A model generated the notes under the pieces. It did no database searches and was not told the DNA's origin. It saw only the letters and a list, made by a program, of their open reading frames with translations. From the NCBI GenBank assembly GCA_032718475.1, contig JAUCBJ010002315.1, positions 2,195-66,194 on the forward strand: a stretch of 64,000 nucleotides of DNA, given 5' to 3'. Both the position numbers and the translations under genes were made by a program. This document shows positions 23,828 through 34,650 of this stretch, in pieces (the stretch's first letter is position 1; every line of letters starts with the position of its first letter). Origin of the DNA: Nemertoderma westbladi (Eukaryota; Animalia; Xenacoelomorpha).

Positions 23828-25921
23828 TGTGTGGGGCGAGCGAGCGAGTTTAGCATACAGGTACCACTAACTCAATCGGTGTGTCTGTTGGGGGGCGAGC
23901 GACGAAAGTAAGCGAGTTTAGCATACAGGTACCACTAACTCAATCGGTGTGTCTGTTGGGGGGCGAGCGACGAAAGTAAGCGAGTTTAGCATACAGGCAC
24001 CACTAACTCAATCGGTGTGTCTGTTGGGGGGCGAGCGACGAAAGTAAGCGAGTTTAGCATACAGGTACCACTAACTCAATCGGTGTGTCTGTTGGGGGGC
24101 GAGCGACGAGAGTAAGCGAGTTTAGCATACAGGTACCACTAACTCAATCGGTGTGTCTATTGGGGGGCGAGCGACGAAAGTAAGCGAGTTTAGCATACAG
24201 ATACCACTAACTCAATCGGTGTGTCTATTGGGGGGCGAGCGACGAAAGTAAGCGAGTTTAGCATACAGATACCACTAACTCAATCGGTGTGTCTGTTGGG
24301 GGGCGAGCGACGAAAGTAAGCGGGTTTAGCATACAGGTACCACTAACTCAATCGGTGTGTCTGTTGTGGGGCGAGCGACGAAAGTAAGCGAGTTTAGCAT
24401 ACAGGTACCACTAACTCAATCGGTGTGTCTATTGGGGGGCGAGCGACGAAAGTAAGCGAGTTTAGCATACAGGTACCACTAACTCAATCGGTGTGTCTAT
24501 TGGGGGGCGAGCGACGAAAGTAAGCGAGTTTAGCATACAGGTACCACTAACTCAATCGGTGTGTCTATTGGGGGGCGAGCGACGAAAGTAAGCGAGTTTA
24601 GCATACAGGTACCACTAACTCAATCGGTGTGTCTATTGGGGGGCGAGCGACGAAAGTAAGCGAGTTTAGCATACAGGTACCACTAACTCAATCGGTGTGT
24701 CTATTGGGGGGCGAGCGACGAAAGTAAGCGAGTTTAGCATACAGGTACCACTAACTCAATCGGTGTGTCTATTGGGGGGCGAGCGACGAAAGTAAGCGAG
24801 TTTAGCATACAGATACCACTAACTCAATCGGTGTGTTGTTGTGGGGCGAGCGACGAAAGTAAGCGAGTTTAGCATACAGGTACCACTAACTCAATCGGTG
24901 TGTCTGTTGGTCTGCCGTGTTCAATTTTAAATGTTACTAACTCAGCCAAATCTTAATTAAATCTATCCAAACTTGGTACAGATGTTGTTTGGCCAAAGTT
25001 TAGAAATTTTCCAAGTTGAATTTCCGTGTGGCCTTCGAGAAGCTAAGATAATAGCAGTTAAATAGTTAATTAAGTTGATTAGGGTAATAACAACATTTTC
25101 AAGCCTGTCTTTTAATGGAAATTAATTATTTTATAGTATAAGATATAAATAATTATACTTAAAAGTTATACAGCTGTAAATCCCCATACACCATTCCATT
25201 ATAGTTTTTAATTAGTTCAAGTGATTTGCTTTAAGAAATGTGTTTTTAATTGATCTAAACGTAATTAAGCCACCAAAATGCCCTCGTCACTCTATACCTC
25301 TCTCATTCCTTGGCATACAAGCTATTGCCTATTAGATGGAACCAGTCCAATCAACTCATCACTACTTGGCAACGGGTAATTACATCTATAGGACATAGGC
25401 AAGGAAGGCACTACTGGTGTAAAGTGACTAATAAATTAAGTCAGCTTGCTTTACAGTATTTATCTAGCAACATGATAGCCTGGAGTATTTAATCATATTA
25501 TTTAGAATAATTAGCGAAATAATTTCGTTGAGTCGTTGACATGATAAATTAATATTTCAGTATTAATACTATCGGCATAAGGTAAGTTTTAATAATTTTT
25601 ACAAATTGGGTTGCCTCCGCAGATAAAAATATATTACTTTTAAAACACTAATTTCCTGTTAATACGTCTGCCTTTCATTAATCCTTTATGCTCCTTTGGG
25701 TTGGGGTGGTGCAGATTAAGAGGGCGGTTGAAGCGAGGGGGGAACTTTCCTCTCTTCTTTGATTTATTATTTTATTGGCAGTTTGGTCAAATTTCTTAAG
25801 TACCGATTTTGGGATAGAAGTGCTCAATTTTAATCTGTATCTGATAACTGAGCCTCGTCCTGCGCGAAGGCCCAATGAACTTGTACCAAGTTCGTTTCCG
25901 TTACGTGGCTCGCCCCACATA
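23828..25921 (+). mobile_element. Helentron/DINE-like non-autonomous element, copy 2, in SF3A2 intron 2
   Basis: Inverted terminal motifs TGTGGGGCGAGC (23830) and GCTCGCCCCACA (ending 25919). Internal blocks are homologous to copy 1. Confidence 0.7.
23843..24909. repeat. 68-bp tandem repeat, ~16 near-identical copies
   Basis: Unit GCGAGTTTAGCATACAGGTACCACTAACTCAATCGGTGTGTCTRTTGGGGGGCGAGCGACGAAAGTAA. Period 68 (GTGTCTG at 23881 and 23949). Confidence 0.95.
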
Positions 25922-26295
25922 CAGTATTACCTGCACTTTATAATAAAGATGGGATTTTGTGGTTTTTCTGAGAGTTTATAATAAAGATGGGATTTTGCGG
26001 TTTTTCTGAGAGTTTTAAAGTTGTTTCAAATTGTATAAACAATAATTAAGTTTTAGCGAATAAGTTAGAATGATTTCAGTGTTCAGGACTAGATATAGAT
26101 CTAATCACTCCGTAGGCCAGGCCAACACATACTAAGAGCACAAACACAGTATATTGGGGTATTCATATATGCGCATAAATCTTGAAACAGTTATGCATTT
26201 AAATGTCCTGTAACGAATGCCTTGAAAAATAAAATTCAAATAAGGCCTCCTAACATGGTCTCTGTAGCTCGTCTATAAACATAACAATAACTCAC

Positions 26296-26489
26296 TCTAG
26301 ATTTGACGGGAGCGGCTGTGGCTGGTTGGTCCTGTGCGTCTCTGGCTGCCCGTCTACCCAGGTTGTATTGGTGTTTCTTACCCTGAGTGTGGGCGAGGTA
26401 ACTACCCTCGTTCGTGTGTAGCGTCAAACACAGTTTACATTCGTATGAACCCAAGTGGTTCCTCATAAAGTACGGGTCTTTATTTAAAT
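26296..26489 (-). CDS. SF3A2: SF3A2 exon 2 (matrin/U1C-type zinc finger)
   Basis: TTTTCAG acceptor, then DLNKDPYFMRNHLGSYECKLCLTLHTNEGSYLAHTQGKKHQYNL...APVKSR, then a GTGAGT donor. Phases match. Confidence 0.96.
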
Positions 26490-27104
26490 CTGAAAACAAA
26501 ACATTTATAATGATATATTGAATATATATAATGAATTGAATTATATAATATTGAATGAATATTAAATTATATAATGAATTACATTATTAAACTATTATAT
26601 TAAATGAACTTACCTTGGTGCTGTTCCTCCCGGCAATACTTTCATTGTGCAACTCCGTACTGCAGCTGCAGTTGCCGTATAATAGACATGCTGTGCTGTA
26701 CCGGTAGGCCTTACAGCCTTAAGGACTATACCGTTACCGGTATTATTTAGTTTTAATACCGATATGTGTGTGATAGTTCTGCTTGTTTTAATTTAGTCTG
26801 TCAAACTGGAGTTGAATACAATACTGCAATAGGCCCCTACAGCAATACAAGGCATAGGCTGATAGGCCAGCAAAAATACGTACCGGTACCGGTTCCCTGG
26901 CTGCCTGGTACCGGTACTGCCTGGTAATAATTGCAATACAACAATCAGACTATACTGCTATAGCTTTATAATCTGATAATATTATAGCAGTACAGCAGTA
27001 ACTGCAGTCAGGCAGTAGGCCTATATTCTGATACTGGTTGTCTGGCAGTATGGTGTAGGCTGTAGTCAGGCCTACCGGTACCTACTTCATACTTCTGAAC
27101 TTAC

Positions 27105-27219
27105 CAATAGTTTCGAGTGCGAGTAATCGCAATCTTTCTCTACGATCCCTATTTGATTCTGAGTCCGAAGCTACACCGCCACTCCCGGTTTTCCCACCGG
27201 CTCGGTGTTGAAAATCCAT
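27105..27219 (-). CDS. SF3A2: Splicing factor 3A subunit 2 (SF3a66/Prp11), coding exon 1
   Basis: MDFQHRAGGKTGSGGVASDSESNRDRRERLRLLALETI, then a G|GTAAGT donor. This is the conserved SF3A2 N-terminus. Missed by the ORF track. Confidence 0.95.
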
Positions 27220-28990
27220 CCCGATCGAGTGATGAGACCTGTGTCTGTAGCAGTGTAGGGCTGTCGGGTAATCTCTGCAACTCCAACTGTAGAACTGAGG
27301 AACTGAGCTAGCTCAGTAGCTGGCTAGAGATACAGCAGTACAGAACTACCGGTGCGTACTACTGTACTAGTCTGCCAGTTGCCAGTACCTTACCTAACAA
27401 CTGAACGACCAGACGACTGAACGAAAACAGATAATACTGTAATACTGTCAGACCAGCAGACTCTATAATACAGTAATAGACTGACAGACTGATAGGCCGG
27501 CCTACCAGCCTACTGCTGTACTGTAATACCAAGACCGCAGACCGCACGATTAACTGTGAACTGAGGGATTTACTTTTCAACTTTTTTTTATTTTTTTACT
27601 TTAGCTGTTTAGTAAAGCATATGATCGAGTTCCATGCGGATTGCTTATAATTAAGTTGTTAAGTTTAGGCTGTGTGGTTATAATATTTTGAAGGCTATTA
27701 TTTCGTTATACTGTAATACAATAACGAAAAAATCCGTACATACAGTATTCAGGTGTGCGTCAGGGTGCTCCGACTAGTTTGTTTCTGTTCACCGTTTATA
27801 ATGTATATAAATACATTATAAACTACACTTTCAAATATGCTAAATAAATTATGTTCTAACAACTCATATTTAAAACAGTTACACGCAATCATATTTTTTG
27901 GACGACACTGTTATTTTTGCGGAAAGTCGTAATACTGTAGCTCTGTTTAGAAAAAATAAAGGTTCTACTCAAGTTTTGCGATTCTCACGGTATGAGAATT
28001 AATTACAGTCAGACAAAATTTATGGTTGTAAATGGTAGTGCTACTGACAGGGCGGATTTCGATGTTGGTGGCATAATTATTAAGAATACAAATAGTTACA
28101 CTTACCCTTAAACGTAGTTTTAAACGCAATTAGTTAAACGTATTTGAAGTATAGATTTCACACCATTTTTACACCTCTTCATCTTAACCAAGAATAAAGA
28201 GAAGTGGTGAAATTATAACATGATTATGATACATATGTTGAAGGCAGACTCTAGGTAATGATTCTCAAATATAACTTATATGGATGTAACTATTTTTCTT
28301 ACAGATCTGTAAAAAAATTTGGGCAAGGAGCAGGATTCGTCCATCGACCTCTAATGACTGCGAATAACGAATGACCTGTATAGCAACTAAACTGTAGGTG
28401 TATTTATTTTGATTGGTGAACGAGGTCTACAAGTACCGGTGTCACAGGCGGAAATGCCCACTCTCAGCGCAGAATCCCCCCCCCGGGCATTTTCGCCTAG
28501 CGCTAAATACCCCCCCCCCCCCCCCCCCACCCAGAGTATTTGGCCACAGATTTCGAGAGTGGCGGTCCAAAACCCTAATTCAAAGTAAAATGGCGGCCCG
28601 AAACCCTAATTATGGGCCAATGGCAAGAGTCCAAAATTCCACAATATTTCTTAGATTAGAGCCTCATGACTTAATGGGAGCAGGTTCCAGAAGCAGGCTT
28701 TTTTAACCAAAACTATAAACGAGCACCTTACCAATTGAGGGAACGGAGCGTTACATAAAGGGCTATTCTAACCAAAATAATAAACTTTACGTATTGGTGA
28801 AAGGAGCATGTTACAGAGGCGGGCTTTTCTAACTAAAACTATAAACGGTCACTTTACCATTTGGGGGAAAGGAGCAGGTTACAGAGGTGGGCTTTTCTAA
28901 CCAAAACAATAATAAACGATCACAATTACCAATTGAGGGAAAGTTGCAGGTTACAGAAGCGGGTGTTTCTAACCAAAACAATAAACGATC

Positions 28991-30309
28991 AAGAGTTAAT
29001 TGTTAATTTATTTATTAATCAAGCACGTTAAGTAAAATCTTACCGGTAGGTATGTCAGTGCCAAAGTATGTAAAAATCTAAAAAGTAACAAGACCTAGAC
29101 GTTGCATGCAATCAGTGATCAGCTGACGGCAGCCAGCTGATCGGTAGGTTTCGCCCCGCAACTGAAGCCAAGCAATCAGGAGGCCCAGCCAGGAAATGTA
29201 GAGAGAGATTCCCAAAGGGGGACGGAACAGGTAACGAAATGAAGATGAGAGAAAATAAGATACCCTTGAGACCCTTGTCCTTTCTTGATTTGGTTGTCAC
29301 TCGGGTTGACTATGCTCTTTCAACAGCGTGGTTCCGCAAGCCTACAGATACTGGGCTCGTTCTCAATGCCACTGCGTGTGCCCCTAAGTATCACAAGCGC
29401 GGTGTAGTTCGTGGTATGTTTCATCGCATCTTTAATGCCAGTAAGGGTGGGGATGGTTCCCAACTCTATACCGCTATTGGGGATGCTAAGAATATTCTTA
29501 GCAATAACCAATATACTGATACGATGGTCGAGCATGAGCTAGCCGTACTGTAGTTCAAGCGTGCAGGAAGAGGTTCTGGGGGCGAGGCACCAACAGCTGT
29601 TCCAACTGAGGTCATTGACCAGGTCGACCAGGCAGCTGCTGATGATTCCAAGCCTATCATCTGTACAGTAAGTTCGAGTACTGATCTGTTTGTTCGAAAG
29701 TTACGTGGTCTTATACCCAGGTCTTGTACACGGCCAGTTCGGTTTGCTTTTACATCATCTTAACTGCGCCAGTTACTCCCATCTCTCAAACACCCCATCC
29801 CGGAAATCCTTGCGTCTAACGTCGTTTACTCTTTCTCTTGTCCCTCTTGTAAGGGGGGATATGTTGGACACACCATCCAACACTTGTTTGAACGCGTTAG
29901 ACAGCACCAGGATGGGACAGCCAATGATGGGAGCGAACAGGGTAAGACTGTGCACAACCACATACGCAGAAACGTGACAGGCGCAAGTTTACGGTGCTGC
30001 TTCCCAGTGGTTAGTTAGAGTACAGACATATCTTCATTTCGTTACCTGTTCCGTCCCCCTTTGGGAATCTCTCTCTACATTTCCTGGCTTGGCCTCCTGA
30101 GAATGCCTTCAGTTGCGGGGCGAAACCTACCGATCAGCTGGCTGCCGTCAGCTGATCACTGATTGCATGCAACGTCTAGGTCTTGTTGCTTTTTAGTTTT
30201 TACATACTTTGGCACTGACATACCTACCGGTAAGGTTTTTACTTAACGTGCTTGATTAATAAATAAAATAAAATTAACTCTTTATTATTAGATTTTCAAG
30301 CTTTTACTT
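28991..30309 (+). mobile_element. 5'-truncated Penelope-like retroelement with inverted pLTRs; RT C-terminus plus GIY-YIG endonuclease, two in-frame stops
   Basis: One frame encodes LSFLDLVV...WFRKPTDTG...RGMFHRIFNAS...LSNNQY and SNVVYSFSCPSCKGGYVGHTIQHLFERVRQH, with stops at 29551 and 29761. ~250-bp inverted repeats at 28991-29246 and 30030-30282. CAATAAACGATC is duplicated at 28979-28990 and 30310-30321. Confidence 0.9.
30091..30140 (+). ncRNA. Degenerate hammerhead-like motif in the Penelope pLTR (inverted copy ~29135-29185)
   Basis: CTGAGAAT-GCCTT-CAGTTGC-GGGGC-GAAAC. The core deviates from CUGANGA and stem III is poor. Confidence 0.4.
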
Positions 30310-31004
30310 CAATAAACGATCACTTTAGCAATTGGGGAAAAGAGCAGGTTACATAAATGGAATTTTCTAACCAAAACAATAAACAATACCACTTTACAAA
30401 ATTGAGGAAAAGGAGCATTTTACGGCGTCATTATTTTACATTATGTACAGTTGTATATATCCTTTATTGGGTCAACCTCTCTGCTTTTTAGCCGGCCCGG
30501 ACATTTTCGATATCAGTGTGTTTTCGCTATCAAATGGGGAATAAGTAGATGGTACCACTACAGCTACCCATAACATTACAGAAGTCATGATCCATTTTAA
30601 ATGCATTATCCAGATTTGTATCAATTACCGTATCTAAAATTTATTAATTATTTAAAAAGGTAGCGCGGTCAGCCGGAACTAAAATTCTGATATAAGTTTA
30701 TTAATTTACCATCATTCTCTCATTTACAACAAACTGTTTAGGCTACATATCAGAGTACCGGTATCAGTATATCTATTGTATTGTACATTATATTATTATT
30801 GCATATCATAATATATCATTATATACATATTGTATATTGTACAGTATAACGCTATATAATTATTTCTAAGGTATAGGCTTTATACCTAAGAATTTTTTCT
30901 ATCATCTTTACATTATACCTACATACAATACAGCAATACTGCAAAATACTACTCTATATACTAATACCGGTTCTGATAACCTAAGAGAACAGCAGTAGTA
31001 TAGA

Positions 31005-31199
31005 AACCGGTAGCATGGAACTTAACCGCAAATTTCAGGCTGGCATAAAAAGTAAAAAAAGAGGACACTATGAGTGATTTTAAAGGACAATAAAAATTAT
31101 CGCAATAATTTTTATTGTCCGTTTAAATCCTTTTTTTGTCCTTTTTTTTTATTTTTTATGTCCTCCAAAAGTCTAATGTTAGGTTCCATGCTACCGGTT
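31005..31199. mobile_element. Fold-back (near fully palindromic) MITE
   Basis: AACCGGTAGCATGGAACTTAAC ... GTTAGGTTCCATGCTACCGGTT, with an internal palindrome GGACAATAAAAATTAT-CGCA-ATAATTTTTATTGTCC. Confidence 0.8.
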
Positions 31200-31203
31200 A
31201 TTA

Positions 31204-31829
31204 AATGGGAGCGAGGTGTGTGATATTAATGGGAGCGAGGTGTGTGATATTAATGGGGGCGAGGTGTGTGATATTAATGGGAGCGAGGTGTGTGATATTA
31301 ATGGGAGCGAGGTGTGTGATATTAATGGGGGCGAGGTGTGTGATATTAATGGGGGCGAGGTGTGTGATATTAATGGGAGCGAGGTGTGTGATATTAATGG
31401 GGGCGAGGTGTGTGATATTAATGGGAGCGAGGTGTGTGATATTAATGGGAGCGAGGTGTGTGATATTAATGGGAGCGAGGTGTGTGATATTAATGGGAGC
31501 GAGGTGTGTGATATTAATGGGAGCGAGGTGTGTGATATTAATGGGAGCGAGGTGTGTGATATTAATGGGAGCGAGGTGTGTGATATTAATGGGGGCGACG
31601 TGTGTGATATTAATGGGAGCGAGGTGTGTGATATTAATGGGAGCGAGGTGTGTGATATTAATGGGAGCGAGGTGTGTGATATTAATGGGAGCGAGGTGTG
31701 TGATATTAATGGGGGCGACGAGGTGTGTGATATTAATGGGAGCGAGGTGTGTGATATTAATGGGAGCGAGGTGTGTGATATTAATGGGAGCGAGGTGTGT
31801 GATATAATGGGAGCGAGGTGTGTGATATT
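31204..31829. repeat. 24-bp minisatellite, ~26 copies
   Basis: ATGGGRGCGAGGTGTGTGATATTA repeated. Confidence 0.97.
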
Positions 31830-31957
31830 GTGAGGGGTGTGAGGAATCTATGCCAAACCTGTTGGTATTCGTATCTAATTGTTTGCTATCAATCAATCAA
31901 TCATCCCAATCACCCCCCCCCCCCCCTCCCCCACCCCCCGCTTCCTTCGAGCAAAAA

Positions 31958-33452
31958 CCAGACTGTCCCACCCAGCATGTCCCACCCAGACTGTCCCACC
32001 CAGCCTGTCCACCCAGATTGTCCCACCCAGCCTGTCCCACCCAGACTGTCCCACCTAGCCTGTCCTACCCAGCCTGACCCACCCAGACTGTCCCACCTAG
32101 CCTGTCCCACCCAGCCTGTCCCACCCAGCCTGACCCACCCAGCATGTCCCACCCAGCATGTCCCACCCAGCATGTCCCACCCAGCCTGTCCCGCCCAGGC
32201 TGTCCCACCCAGCCTGTCCCACCCAGCCTGACCCACCCAGACTGTCCCACCCACCCTGTCCCACCCAGACTGACCCATGCAGACTGTCCCACCCAGCCTT
32301 TTCCACCCAGCCTGTCCCACCCAGACTGTCCCACCCAGCCTGTCCCACCCAGCCTGTCTCACCCAGCCTGTCCCACCCAGCCTGACCCACCCAGCCTGTC
32401 CCACCCAGCCTCTCCCACCCAGACTGTCCCACCCAGCCTGTCCCACCCAGCCTGTCCCATCAAGCCTTTCCCCCCCAGACTGTCCCACCCAGCCTGTCCC
32501 ATCCAGACTGTCATACCCAGCCTGTCCCACCCAGCCTGTCCCACCCAGCCTGTCCCATCCAGCCTGACCCACCCAGCCTGTTCCACCCAGCCTGTCCCAC
32601 CCAGCCTCTCCCACCCAGACTATCCCACCCAGCCTGTCCCACCCAGCCTGTCCCATGCAGCCTTTCCCACCCAGACTGTCCCATCCAGCCTGTCCCATCC
32701 AGACTGTCCTACCCAGCCTGTCCCACCCAGCCTGTCCCACCCAGCCTGTCCCAACCAGCCTGACCCACCCAGCCTGTCCCACACAGCCTGTCCCACCCAG
32801 CCTGTCTCACCCAGCCTGTCCCACCCAGCCTGACCCAACCAGACTGTCCCACCCAGCCTGTCCCACCCAGCCTGACCCACCCAGACAGTCCCACCCAGGC
32901 TGTCCCACCCAGCCTGTCCCACCCATCCTCACCCACCCAGCCTGTCCCACCCAGCCTGACCTACCCGGACTGTCCCACCCAGCATGTCCCATACAGCCTG
33001 TCCCACCCAGTATGTCCCGCCCAGTATGTCCCACCCAGACTGTCCCACCCAGCTCCCCCCCCCCCCTCCCTCCCAGCATGTCCCACCCAGTCTGTCCCTC
33101 CCAGCCTGACCCTCCCAGCATGTCCCACCCAGCCGGTCCCACACAGCCTGTCCTACCCAGTCTGTCCCACACAGCCAGTCCCACCCAGTCTGTCCCACCC
33201 AGCCTGTCCCACACAGCATGTCCCACCCAGTATGTCCCACACAGCCAGTCCCACCCAGTCTGTCCCACACAGCCAGTCCCACCCAGTCTGTCCCAGCCAG
33301 CATTTCCCACATAGCATGTCCCACCCAGTCTGTCCCACACAGCCTGTCCCACCCAGGCTGTCCCACCCAGCATGACCCACCCATCCTGTCCCACCCAGCC
33401 TCTCCCACCCAGCATGTCCCACCCAACCTGTCCCACCCAACCTGTCCCAACC
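31958..33452. repeat. 14-bp C-rich minisatellite, ~100 copies, G-quadruplex-prone on the minus strand
   Basis: CCCACCCAGCCTGT and variants. The minus strand reads (GGGTGGGACAGGCT)n. Confidence 0.95.
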
Positions 33453-34650
33453 AGCACATGCAGCATCGTTTCAAAAAAGAAAGACAGGCATATGCCTGTA
33501 TCTTTGTTGACTTCTTCAAGGCCATTGATTCAGTCTCTCGCTCTCGTATATTCAGCATACTTTCATTATATGGGATTCCTGATGAAATTATTGCAGCAAT
33601 CAGATCAGTATACGATGGTTCGACAACATTTGTGTCTACTGTTGACGGTGACACAGAACCATTTGAAGTGTTATGGGGCGTCCTCCAAGGAGACACACTT
33701 GCGCCATTCTTGTTTATGATTGTGGTTGTCTATGTTCTATGGTCTATGCATGTCCTTAGATCATCATAATGATGATGGGTTGATGGTAACTCCACCTACT
33801 GGCTCCAGAAGTCGAGGAAATCCTGCTAAGTACCTAACTGATCTAGACTTTGCTGATGACTTAGGAGTACTCTCAGAAACACTAGAGGGAGCCCAACGGC
33901 TCCTCAGCTCATTAGAACAGGCTGCTTCTAGTTTTGGTCTTTTTATTAACTCCAAAAAGATCAAAATTTTGACAGTTAACTTTTAATGTCCTCATCAAGA
34001 ATCTAACCGGATGAGCATAAGCTCAAATCATGGTATGCTTGAGCATGTGGATGACTTCTGTTACCTGGGATCATGGATCCGGAAGTCAGGTGAGGACCTT
34101 CGAATACGTAAGGGAAAGGCATGGGCAGCCTTGAATAGGTTTTCCAGGATTTGGAAGTCACCGAGAATTAATCGGAAACTTAAGGTCCGATTATTTAGAG
34201 CAGCAGTAGTTCCAATACTCCTCTATGGGAGTCCATGCTGGGCTCTAACTGATGAGGACACCAAATCTCTGGATGGCACATTCACAAGAATGCTACGCCG
34301 GGTTCATTGTGTCAAGTACAATGCACACATCTCCAACCAGACACTATATAACATTGGTGGTGTCTCATTGGTTCCCCTAAGCTTGGCACTAGAATAAAGC
34401 CGCCTCCGCTTTGCAGGACATTTGTTTCGCCGTGAGGACCAGCCAGTGCATAATCTTGTACTTTGGCAGCCTCATGGAGTGAATAAGCGTGGTGGACAGC
34501 CCATGACTTTCTTGAGACGCATCATAAAGGACACTGGCCTTGAAGATGCGGATGATCTAGCAAATGTCATGGGTGATGGTGAGTTGTGGCGGCACAATTT
34601 TGTCGACAAGCCGGCACAGCATTCTTAATATATATGTAATATATATATAT
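33453..34650 (+). mobile_element. 5'-truncated, decayed non-LTR retrotransposon (RTE-like reverse transcriptase) with (TA)-rich tail
   Basis: Motifs FVDFFKAIDSV, GVLQGDTLAPFLF, LDFADDL, DDFCYLGSWI, LRFAGH and LVLWQP. Frameshift near 33750, stops at 33984 and 34395, TAATATATAT tail at ~34626-34652. Confidence 0.9.

Larger units (their letters stand above)
28676..30420. repeat. Diverged ~65-bp tandem repeat related to the MITE A core, split by the Penelope-like insertion
   Basis: GGAGCAGGTTACAG...TTCTAACCAAAACAATAAAC units at 28676-28990 and 30310-30420. The same motif occurs in MITE A at ~15327-15369. Confidence 0.75.

Noticed and set aside
23843-24909. CRISPR-like regular repeat
   Set aside because: Units are contiguous with no unique spacers, there are no cas genes, and the context is a eukaryotic intron.
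25937-26014. 38-bp direct duplication after the DINE-like element
   Set aside because: A simple local tandem duplication; it does not flank the element, so it is not a TSD.
31201-33466. Long ORFs (HLAPINIT, MGARCVIL, CPTQPVPPSLSHPA repeats) resembling mucins or metallothioneins
   Set aside because: Stop-free minisatellites open on both strands, with no splice context or unique domain.
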